Below are positions 24,911 through 32,000 of a stretch of 32,000 nucleotides of DNA, piece after piece. This DNA is from Candidatus Pelagibacter ubique HTCC1062. GTDB lineage: Bacteria > Pseudomonadota > Alphaproteobacteria > Pelagibacterales > Pelagibacteraceae. The notes beneath the pieces are model-generated. The model ran no database searches, had not been told where the DNA came from, and was given only the letters and a program-made list of their open reading frames with translations. Every line of letters begins with the position of its first letter. Positions within the stretch are counted from its first letter, which is position 1. Position numbers and translations under genes: made by a program. The stretch is from positions 540,001 to 572,000 of the forward strand of contig NC_007205.1 in assembly GCF_000012345.1 (NCBI RefSeq). The letters are read 5' to 3'.

Positions 24911-25999
24911 ATGAGAATTGTTTCAATTTTAGAAAATCAAAATATTGATAAAAGAATTGCTATCACTCCTGAAATTGCAAAAAAATATATAGCTCTTGGT
25001 TTTCAAATTACATTAGTTGAAAAATATGGGGAGCATCTAGGTTTTAAGGATAGTGACTACAAAGAGTTAGGTGTTGAAATTTCTACTGACGAAACACAAA
25101 TATTAAGTAAAGCTAATATTATTATTCAGTTAGGGTTACTATCTGATGAAAATCTTTCAAATTTAAAAGAAAACCAAACACTCATTGGAGTATTTAATCC
25201 TTATAATAATAAAGAAAAAATAGAAAATTTGTCTAAAAAAAATATAAATGTTTTTTCTTTAGAAATGTTACCAAGAATTACTAGAGCTCAATCAATGGAT
25301 ATACTTTCATCTCAAGCTAACCTTGCTGGTTATAAAACAGTAATAGAGTCGTTTGCAAATTTTGAAAAAGCAATACCCATGATGATGACAGCAGCTGGCA
25401 CTATTCCAGCTGCAAAAGTATTGGTGGTTGGTGCGGGTGTGGCTGGTCTTCAAGCAATTGCAACAGCAAAAAGAATGGGTGCAATAGTTTTTGCGACAGA
25501 TGTTAGAATGGCTTCAAAAGAACAAGTTGAAAGCTTAGGTGGAAAATTTTTAACAGTTGAAGGATCTGAAAATTTAGAGACAGAAGGGGGTTATGCAAAA
25601 GAAGCATCTGAAGAATTTAAAAAAAAACAAGAAGATCTTTTAGCTGAAACTTTAAAAAAAATTGATATTGTAATATGTACTGCTTTAATTCCAGGCAAAA
25701 AAGCTCCATTAATTATTAAAGGTTCTATGATTGATAATATGCAATCAGGCTCTGTTATTTATGACTTAGCTGCAGTTCAGGGTGGAAATGCAGAATTTAC
25801 TGAAGTTGATAAAGTTGTAGTTAAAAATGGAGTAAAGATTATGGGTGAAACAAATATCCTTAATAAACTTCCTGTTTCAGCTTCAAATCTATATTCAAAA
25901 AATGTATTTAATTTTGTGTCAAATTTATATGATAAAGAAAATAATAAGATTAATATTAATTTAGAAGATGAGATAATTGAAAAAACTTTAATAAAATAG
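24911..25999 (+). CDS. pntAA: NAD(P) transhydrogenase subunit alpha, part 1 (dI domain)
   Basis: 362 aa. It has an alanine-dehydrogenase-like fold, with LPRITRAQSMDILSSQANLAGYK, VLVVGAGVAGLQAIATAKRMGA and DVR. Confidence 0.9.
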   Translation: MRIVSILENQNIDKRIAITPEIAKKYIALGFQITLVEKYGEHLGFKDSDYKELGVEISTDETQILSKANIIIQLGLLSDENLSNLKENQTLIGVFNPYNNKEKIENLSKKNINVFSLEMLPRITRAQSMDILSSQANLAGYKTVIESFANFEKAIPMMMTAAGTIPAAKVLVVGAGVAGLQAIATAKRMGAIVFATDVRMASKEQVESLGGKFLTVEGSENLETEGGYAKEASEEFKKKQEDLLAETLKKIDIVICTALIPGKKAPLIIKGSMIDNMQSGSVIYDLAAVQGGNAEFTEVDKVVVKNGVKIMGETNILNKLPVSASNLYSKNVFNFVSNLYDKENNKININLEDEIIEKTLIK

Positions 26000-26003
26000 A
26001 ATT

Positions 26004-26312
26004 ATGGAAATAGACCCTTTTATATTTAGATTAAGCATATTTATTTTATCAATTTTCATTGGCTATTACGTTGTATGGAGTGTAACTCCATCTCTACATA
26101 CACCATTAATGTCAGTGACTAACGCAATATCATCCGTAATTATTGTTGGTGCTATAATTGCAGGGTTGGCCGGAAGTACAGAGAATGTTTTTACAATTTC
26201 GAACATTCTTGGTTTTTTAGCAATATCTCTTGCTGCTATTAATATATTTGGAGGATTTTTAGTTACTCAAAGGATGCTTCAAATGTATAAAAAAAAAAAG
26301 AAAGATAAATAA
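26004..26312 (+). CDS. pntAB: NAD(P) transhydrogenase subunit alpha, part 2 (membrane dII-alpha)
   Basis: 102 aa with three or four TM helices. Contains LHTPLMSVTNAISSVIIVGA and lies between pntAA and pntB. Confidence 0.88.
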   Translation: MEIDPFIFRLSIFILSIFIGYYVVWSVTPSLHTPLMSVTNAISSVIIVGAIIAGLAGSTENVFTISNILGFLAISLAAINIFGGFLVTQRMLQMYKKKKKDK

Positions 26313-26314
26313 TT

Positions 26315-27709
26315 ATGTCAGCAAATTTATCAGCAATATTTTATTTAGTTTCAGGAGTTCTATTCATATTGGCATTAAGAGGTCTTTCATCGCCAGAAAC
26401 CTCAAGACAGGGTAATTTTTTTGGAATTTTAGGAATGGTGATAGCTATTACTGTTACCTTTTTATCAGTTGGCAGTTTTTCTAGTGGGCTTATTTACGTA
26501 CTGATTTTTTTATTAGTAGGTGGACTTATAGGGGCATTCATCGCTTATAAGATACCAATGACAGCTATGCCAGAGTTAGTAGCGGGGTTTCATAGCTTAG
26601 TTGGGCTATCAGCAGTTTTTGTTGCAATCTCAGCTTTCTTAAATCCGGAGGCATTTAATTTAGGATCACCCGGAGCCATTAAACTTGCAAGCTTAATTGA
26701 AATGTCAATTGGAGCTGCAGTTGGTGCAATAACATTCTCAGGCTCAATAATTGCCTTTTTAAAACTTCAAGGAATAATGTCAGGGTCACCAATAACTTTT
26801 AAAGGGCAGCATTTTCTTAATGCTTTATTGTTATTTTCAATTTTAGTTTTAACTTACTTATTATGCTCATCCCAGTCCTCTAATTTCTTTTGGATATTAA
26901 TAGCAGTTTCATTTTTAATAGGATTTTTATTAATCATCCCAATTGGTGGAGCAGATATGCCTGTAGTGATTTCAATGTTAAATTCATACTCTGGTTGGGC
27001 TGCAGCAGGAATTGGTTTTACTTTAGAAAATACTGCATTAATTATAACAGGTGCTCTTGTTGGATCTTCTGGTGCAATTTTATCCTACATAATGTGTAAA
27101 GGTATGAACCGTTCTTTCTTTAATGTAATTTTAGGTGGATTTGGTGCAACAGAACAATCAGCATCAACTGGAAATAAAGAACAAAGACCAGTTAAGAGTG
27201 GTAATGCGGAAGACGCAGCCTTCTTAATGAAAAATGCATCATCTGTTATAATTGTTCCAGGTTATGGAATGGCGGTTGCTCAAGCACAACACGCATTAAG
27301 AGAAATGGTAGACACGTTAAAGAAAAATGATATTAAAGTTACTTATGCAATTCATCCTGTTGCAGGAAGAATGCCGGGGCATATGAATGTATTGTTAGCT
27401 GAAGCTAATGTTCCATATGATGAAGTTTTTGAACTTGAAGAAATCAATAATGATTTTGCTAATGCAGATGTTGCATTTGTAATTGGGGCAAATGATGTAA
27501 CAAACCCTATTGCAAAAACAGATCCACAAAGTCCAATTTACGGAATGCCAGTTCTTGATGTTGAAAAATGTAAATCAGTATTATTTGTAAAGAGAAGTTT
27601 ATCTCCTGGATACGCTGGAATTGATAATGAATTATTCTATAAAGATAATACTTTAATGCTATTTGCAGATGCAAAAAAAATGACTGAGGATATAACTAAA
27701 AATCTTTAA
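26315..27709 (+). CDS. pntB: NAD(P) transhydrogenase subunit beta
   Basis: 464 aa. The N-terminal half is membrane-embedded and the C-terminal half is the dIII domain, with IIVPGYGMAVAQAQH, YAIHPVAGRMPGHMNVLLAEA and GANDVTNP. Confidence 0.92.
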   Translation: MSANLSAIFYLVSGVLFILALRGLSSPETSRQGNFFGILGMVIAITVTFLSVGSFSSGLIYVLIFLLVGGLIGAFIAYKIPMTAMPELVAGFHSLVGLSAVFVAISAFLNPEAFNLGSPGAIKLASLIEMSIGAAVGAITFSGSIIAFLKLQGIMSGSPITFKGQHFLNALLLFSILVLTYLLCSSQSSNFFWILIAVSFLIGFLLIIPIGGADMPVVISMLNSYSGWAAAGIGFTLENTALIITGALVGSSGAILSYIMCKGMNRSFFNVILGGFGATEQSASTGNKEQRPVKSGNAEDAAFLMKNASSVIIVPGYGMAVAQAQHALREMVDTLKKNDIKVTYAIHPVAGRMPGHMNVLLAEANVPYDEVFELEEINNDFANADVAFVIGANDVTNPIAKTDPQSPIYGMPVLDVEKCKSVLFVKRSLSPGYAGIDNELFYKDNTLMLFADAKKMTEDITKNL

Positions 27710-27714
27710 AATTA

Positions 27715-28413
27715 ATGACAACAAAAATATTTTGTGACATTGCAGAATTAGATTTAATAAAGAAGTTCAATAAGAAAAAGATAGTTAAAGGTTTTACAAC
27801 CAATCCTAGCTTAATGAGAAAAGCTGGAGCAAAAGATTACAAATCCTATTCAAAGAAAATATTAAAAATTTGCAACAATAAACCAGTCTCACTTGAGGTA
27901 TTTGCTGACGAATACAAGGAGATGAAAAAACAAGCTCTTCAGATTAATACTTGGGGAAAGAATGTTTATGTAAAAGTACCGGTTGCAAACTCCAAAGGTA
28001 TTTTTATGGGTAAAATTATTAAAGAACTTAATAACCTAGATATTAAACTTAATATCACAGCAATATATAGTGCAAAACAGACAGAAAAAATTCTGAAATT
28101 AATTAATAATAAAACTAAAGTTATAATTTCAATATTTGCAGGTAGAGCAGGGGATACTGGTAAGGACCCAGTTCCTGAATTTAAAAAAAGTATAGCTTTA
28201 GCAAAAAAATTTAAAAATGTAGAAATACTTTGGGCGAGCGTTAGAGAGCCCTATAATTACTTACAAGCAAAACAATTGGGATGTCATATTATAACTATCC
28301 CACCAACAACTATTGAGAAAATTGAAAATTTTGGGAAAACGTTTGATCAACTTACTAAGGAAACCGTTAAAGCGTTTTTGGTTGATAGTAAAAAATCTAA
28401 GTTTAAAATTTAA
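27715..28413 (+). CDS. tal: Transaldolase-family protein (short TalC/Fsa-like type)
   Basis: 232 aa. Contains GFTTNPSLMRKAG, VYVKVPV (Schiff-base lysine context), NITAIYS and SIFAGRAGD. Confidence 0.75.
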   Translation: MTTKIFCDIAELDLIKKFNKKKIVKGFTTNPSLMRKAGAKDYKSYSKKILKICNNKPVSLEVFADEYKEMKKQALQINTWGKNVYVKVPVANSKGIFMGKIIKELNNLDIKLNITAIYSAKQTEKILKLINNKTKVIISIFAGRAGDTGKDPVPEFKKSIALAKKFKNVEILWASVREPYNYLQAKQLGCHIITIPPTTIEKIENFGKTFDQLTKETVKAFLVDSKKSKFKI

Positions 28414-28431
28414 TTAATTTGTTACTGAAAT

Positions 28432-28508
<77 letters not shown>

Positions 28509-28514
28509 GTATAT

Positions 28515-28709
28515 TTAAATTCTATTTTTAAGCTTATTAAGCTTTTTAACTCTTTTAATATTTTCTTGTAAAATTCTTTTTTTCTTTTCAGAAGGTTTTT
28601 CGTAAACACTTTTTAATTTTACTACTTTAAAAAAACCATCTCTTTGTAATTTTCTTTTAAGAACTCTAAGTGCTTGTTCAATATTGTTATCTTTGACTTC
28701 TATTTTCAT
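28515..28709 (-). CDS. rpsU: 30S ribosomal protein S21
   Basis: 64 aa: MKIEVKDNNIEQALRVLKRKLQRDGFFKVVKLKSVYEKPSEKKKR... This is the canonical S21 pattern (ALR.(L/F)KRK....G.......FYEKPSE.(R/K)). Confidence 0.9.
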   Translation of the reverse strand: MKIEVKDNNIEQALRVLKRKLQRDGFFKVVKLKSVYEKPSEKKKRILQENIKRVKKLNKLKNRI

Positions 28710-28764
28710 AAATATTTTTTAAGAATGTTTAACTACCATCATATAATTTTGGTGTCTATTAAAA

Positions 28765-29352
28765 TTATTCAATGTTCGAAACTTCTCTTGTTAGTTTGGC
28801 TTTCTCTTTTTCCTTTTTTTCCCTTTTTATTCTTCTTTCAGCTTTTTCAATAGCCTCAATTAGATCCTTTTGAGAGAACAACCCTAATGCTACAGGGTCT
28901 TTAGGATTTAAATTATTATAATTCCAATAACTTTTGTTTTTAATAGCGGTTACAGAAGCCTTTGTTATTCCAACTAGTTTTGCTATTTGTGAATCTTTTA
29001 ATAATGAATGATGTTTGATCAGCCATAAAGCTGAGTCTGGTTTATCTTGTCTTTTAGACAAGGGAATATATTTTTTAATCTTTTTATCTTCAGTTGAAAT
29101 TTCAATATCAGTATTTTTTATCTGTAATTCTTTATTTTCATCTTTAGATGCTAGCTCAATTTCTTCTCTAGTAAGCTGGCCCGATATAATCGGGTTGTAA
29201 GCCATTATTCCTTTTGCAACTTCACCATCTGCAATACCTTGCACTTCAACCTCATGTAAATTACAAAACTTTGAAATTTGTTTAAAAGTAAGTGTTGTAT
29301 TCTCTACTAACCAAACAGCTGTTGCCATCGGCATTAATGGTACGTTTGACAT
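28765..29352 (-). CDS. DUF1013-family protein (alphaproteobacterial TrcR-like putative transcriptional regulator)
   Basis: 195 aa. PLMPMATAVWLVENTTLTFKQISKFCNLHEVEVQGIADGEVAKGI matches the conserved N-terminus of DUF1013 proteins. The start codon directly abuts the rpmE stop. Confidence 0.7.
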   Translation of the reverse strand: MSNVPLMPMATAVWLVENTTLTFKQISKFCNLHEVEVQGIADGEVAKGIMAYNPIISGQLTREEIELASKDENKELQIKNTDIEISTEDKKIKKYIPLSKRQDKPDSALWLIKHHSLLKDSQIAKLVGITKASVTAIKNKSYWNYNNLNPKDPVALGLFSQKDLIEAIEKAERRIKREKKEKEKAKLTREVSNIE

Positions 29353-29583
29353 TTAATCTTTCTTTTCTGATCTGAAGTTTTGGAATTTTTTATTGAATTT
29401 GCTTACACGACCCTTATCCATTAGTTTTTGCTTTCCACCTGTCCAAGCAGCATGAGATTTTGGATCGATTTCTAATTTTAAAACCTCTCCTTCTTTTCCC
29501 CAAGTTGATCTTGTCTCAAATTGTGTTCCATCAGTCATTTCTACTTTAATTGTGTGGTAGTCTGGGTGTATGTCTTTTTTCAT
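29353..29583 (-). CDS. rpmE: 50S ribosomal protein L31
   Basis: 76 aa. Starts [10 protein letters not shown] and contains the HAAWTG and RVSKFNKKF motifs. Confidence 0.9.
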   Translation of the reverse strand: MKKDIHPDYHTIKVEMTDGTQFETRSTWGKEGEVLKLEIDPKSHAAWTGGKQKLMDKGRVSKFNKKFQNFRSEKKD

Positions 29584-29618
29584 ATCGAGACTTATAGCAA
29601 AAGAATTTTATAAAACAA

Positions 29619-30359
29619 TTAAAAGTTCTTTAATTTTTCAAGCATTTTGTCATTAATTGCCATACTAGAAGCTCTTATTTTGATATTTTTATTTTGTGAA
29701 AGGTCAATTTCATTAATTAAGCCACCTGCTTCTTTTACCAATATTATGCCAGCAGCTATATCCCACAAATTTAGATCATTTTGAAAATAACCATCGTACC
29801 TACCAGCTGCAACATAGGCAATATCAAGTGCTGCACTTCCAGATTTTCTTAAAGGCAAATCAACTTCATTTTTAGTTATGCCGCCTGTAGCAAACAAGCA
29901 GCTATTAAGCTCTCTTTTTTTTGATACTCTAATTCTTTGATTATTAAAGAACGCACCACTTTCTTTTTCAGCATAAAACATTTCATCTTTTATTGGGTCA
30001 TAAATTAAACCTGAGACTATTTCATCACCAGATTTTAAAGCAATTGAAATTGCAAAGTGAGGAACACCATGCAAAAAATTAGTAGTGCCATCTATAGGGT
30101 CTATTATCCATGTATGTTCTTTATCTTTATTAGTTTCAGAACCTTCTTCTTCACTAATAATAGAATAGTAGGGTCTTGCTTTTTTTAATTCTTCTATAAT
30201 TATTTTCTCAGCTTTTAAATCAGCATTTGATACAAAATCAGTAGGGCCTTTGATTGAAACTTGTAGTTTTTCTATTTCTCCAAAATCTCTAATTAAAGCT
30301 CTAGACGCTTTTTCTGCAGCCTTTATCATAACATTTAGATTGGCTGATATTGATTGCAT
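29619..30359 (-). CDS. suhB: Inositol monophosphatase family protein (SuhB-like)
   Basis: 246 aa. Contains SEEEG, WIIDPIDGTTNFLHGVPHFAISIAL and WDIAAGIILVKEAGG. Confidence 0.88.
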   Translation of the reverse strand: MQSISANLNVMIKAAEKASRALIRDFGEIEKLQVSIKGPTDFVSNADLKAEKIIIEELKKARPYYSIISEEEGSETNKDKEHTWIIDPIDGTTNFLHGVPHFAISIALKSGDEIVSGLIYDPIKDEMFYAEKESGAFFNNQRIRVSKKRELNSCLFATGGITKNEVDLPLRKSGSAALDIAYVAAGRYDGYFQNDLNLWDIAAGIILVKEAGGLINEIDLSQNKNIKIRASSMAINDKMLEKLKNF

Positions 30360-30364
30360 ATAAT

Positions 30365-30925
30365 TTATATTTTTTTGACATATTCCATAGTTCTCGTATC
30401 GACTATGATTTTATCTCCGCTTTCAATAAATGGAGGGACTTGAATATTCACACCATTATCTAAAGTTGCGGGCTTATAAGAAGAAGAAACTGTTTGCCCC
30501 TTTAAAGCAACATCAGTTGTATCAACTGTGCACGTTACCTGATTAGGCAATTCAACTGTTAAAGGTTTTTCATTATAAAAACTTATACTGACTTCTAAGT
30601 TTTCAGTTAACATTTTACCTTTTTCTCCAATTGTTTCTTTTTTAATATTTATTTGTTCATAAGATTTTGGATCCATGAAATAATAATCAATTTCATCGCT
30701 ATAAAGATAATTAAATTTTGTTTCATCTAATGAAGCTTTTTCAACGGACTCACTTGATCTAAATCTTTCATTTAATTTTGTATTTTTGTTAACACTTTTC
30801 ATCTCAACTTGGGCAAAAGCACCACCTTTGCCAGGTTTTACATGTTGTGTCTTTAAAACTTGCCAAAGATCATTCTTATATTCAATTAACATTCCAACTC
30901 TAATTTCACTTGCGTATAATTTCAT
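30365..30925 (-). CDS. efp: Translation elongation factor P
   Basis: 186 aa. Contains LWQVLKTQHVKPGKGGAFAQVEMKSV and the C-terminal block GDKIIVDTRTMEYVKK. Confidence 0.92.
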   Translation of the reverse strand: MKLYASEIRVGMLIEYKNDLWQVLKTQHVKPGKGGAFAQVEMKSVNKNTKLNERFRSSESVEKASLDETKFNYLYSDEIDYYFMDPKSYEQINIKKETIGEKGKMLTENLEVSISFYNEKPLTVELPNQVTCTVDTTDVALKGQTVSSSYKPATLDNGVNIQVPPFIESGDKIIVDTRTMEYVKKI

Positions 30926-31545
30926 TTTAATTTTCTAATAGCTTCTAATGGTTTGTATTTTTTATTATTCCAAATGTAGCCTGAAATAGCCAAAAAGTTA
31001 GCTTTATTCAATAAAAGTTTTTTATAATTACTAAGCTTTATACCTCCAATAGCTACAATTGGTAAGGAGGTTATTTTTTTAATAGATTTTAATACAGTTA
31101 AACTGGCTCTATATTTAACTGTTTTAGTTTTAGTTGCATAAAATGCACCAAAAGCTAAATAATCAGCACCATCATTAATTGCTTTTTTTGCTAGATTTAT
31201 AGAATTATGACAGGTCACACCAATAATTTTGTTCTTTAATATTTTTCTAGCTTTTATTAAGTCCATATCTTTTTGACCCAAATGGCACCCATCTGCATTT
31301 AATTTTTTAGCAAGTAAGGGGTCATCGTTGATTAAAAATTTGACTTTGTGCTTATTGCAAATTTTTTTAATTTTTTTTCCAATAATTAGTTTATTTAAAT
31401 TTGTTTCTTTTTTAAGTCTTAGTTGAAAAAAACTTATTTTTTTGGAACTTAATACAAGAGCTAAATCATCATAAAAATTTATATCTGGTATTTTATTTGG
31501 AGAAATTAGATAAACAAATTTCTTATTTATTTTATTTTGCTTCAA
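30922..31545 (-). CDS. thiE: Thiamine-phosphate synthase
   Basis: Contains FFQLRLKKE, FLINDDPLLAKKLNADGCHLGQKD, GVTCHN, GADYLAFGAFYATKTK and VAIGGI. I propose a TTG start at 31545 (MKQNKINKKFVYLISP...), giving about 207 aa. The track's ATG at 31680 would overlap the aldolase gene by 149 nt. Confidence 0.75.
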   Translation of the reverse strand: MKQNKINKKFVYLISPNKIPDINFYDDLALVLSSKKISFFQLRLKKETNLNKLIIGKKIKKICNKHKVKFLINDDPLLAKKLNADGCHLGQKDMDLIKARKILKNKIIGVTCHNSINLAKKAINDGADYLAFGAFYATKTKTVKYRASLTVLKSIKKITSLPIVAIGGIKLSNYKKLLLNKANFLAISGYIWNNKKYKPLEAIRKLK

Positions 31546-32000
31546 GTTCTTTTGACCATTTACCTTGAGCCGCAAGTGTGCACATATTTGCTCTGTGGTT
31601 AAAGACTTTTTGAGTGCCACTAGTATTATTAATATCTTTTGACCAAAATTTAAGTGCACTTTGTTGTAAGGCTCTACCATATGAATAAGTCATAATAAAA
31701 TTAGTGTCATTATACTTATTAATTAAGTTTAAATTCTCTGTAGCTTCTACTTCTGTTTGACCACCTGATAAAAAAGCAATTCCTGGTACGTCGGTTGGTA
31801 CATTTTCTTTTAAACATTTAAGGGTAAGTTTTGCAACTTCTTCACTTGATATCTTTTTATCAGAAGTGGTTCCTGCTAAAATCATATTAGGTTTTAAAAT
31901 TATTCCACTTAAATCAATTTTATGAAGTAATAATTCTTCAAAGCATTTTTGAATAACTTCAGAAGTTTTGTTAAAACAAGTTTCAGCAGCGTGATCTCCA
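31532..32000 (-). CDS. fba: Fructose-bisphosphate aldolase, class I (C-terminal part; 5' end is beyond the window)
   Basis: The frame stays open upstream of the track's ATG: GDHAAETCFNKTSEVIQKCFEELLLHKIDLSGIILKPNMILAGTT... It includes the class I Schiff-base lysine context LKPNM, then GIAFLSGGQ and TYSYGRALQQSALKFW. Confidence 0.8.
   Translation of the reverse strand, partial: GDHAAETCFNKTSEVIQKCFEELLLHKIDLSGIILKPNMILAGTTSDKKISSEEVAKLTLKCLKENVPTDVPGIAFLSGGQTEVEATENLNLINKYNDTNFIMTYSYGRALQQSALKFWSKDINNTSGTQKVFNHRANMCTLAAQGKWSKELEAK

Noticed and set aside
31546-31680. The ATG-initiated N-terminal extension of thiE given by the ORF track (252 aa).
   Set aside because: It would overlap the 3' end of the aldolase gene by 149 nt. 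The extension (MVEPYNKVHLNFGQKILIILVALKK...) has no ThiE similarity and is just the aldolase gene read in another frame. A TTG at 31545 gives a normal protein of about 207 aa with a 14-nt overlap. The exact start remains unverified.

Overview
Very A+T-rich, tightly packed bacterial DNA. Most neighbouring genes touch or overlap by 4-20 nt. The gene content and order fit a streamlined marine alphaproteobacterium of the SAR11/Pelagibacterales type; this comes from memory of that group's synteny and was not checked by any search.

The window has two parts.

(1) Positions 1-24479 are a ~24.5 kb cell-surface glycan biosynthesis island. It encodes:
- a WecA/MraY-type initiating transferase;
- seven glycosyltransferases: four GT4, two GT2 and one CgeB-like;
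- a Wzx flippase, a Wzy-like polymerase and a WaaL/PglL-type Wzy_C protein;
- the GDP-fucose pathway (gmd, fcl) plus a third SDR enzyme;
- a GalE-like epimerase, a DegT aminotransferase and a NodU/CmcH carbamoyltransferase;
- three or four SAM-methyltransferase-fold proteins, a Gfo/Idh/MocA oxidoreductase and two DAO-type FAD oxidoreductases.

These genes lie in about ten short modules on alternating strands. Two decayed gene relics, a frameshifted gmd and a DegT C-terminal stub, sit at one module junction. No integrase, transposase, IS element, CRISPR array or recognisable defence or toxin gene was seen.

(2) The island ends 52 nt before a stand-alone 5S rRNA gene at about 24532-24645. Visibly less A+T-rich core genes follow: rpmJ, a small COX4-like membrane peptide, pntAA-pntAB-pntB and transaldolase. 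A minus-strand array runs towards them: class I fba (partial), thiE, efp, suhB, rpmE, a DUF1013 protein, rpsU and initiator tRNA-fMet.

The most notable points are the island itself (HVR2-type, with an undetermined glycan product), the carbamoyl/methyl/amino-sugar module, the gene relics that mark cassette replacement, the orphan 5S gene with an apparent promoter and rpmJ 14 nt downstream, and rpsU lying 6 nt from an initiator tRNA with a non-canonical anticodon stem.

All product calls rest on motif recognition by eye in the supplied translations, and no database search was possible.
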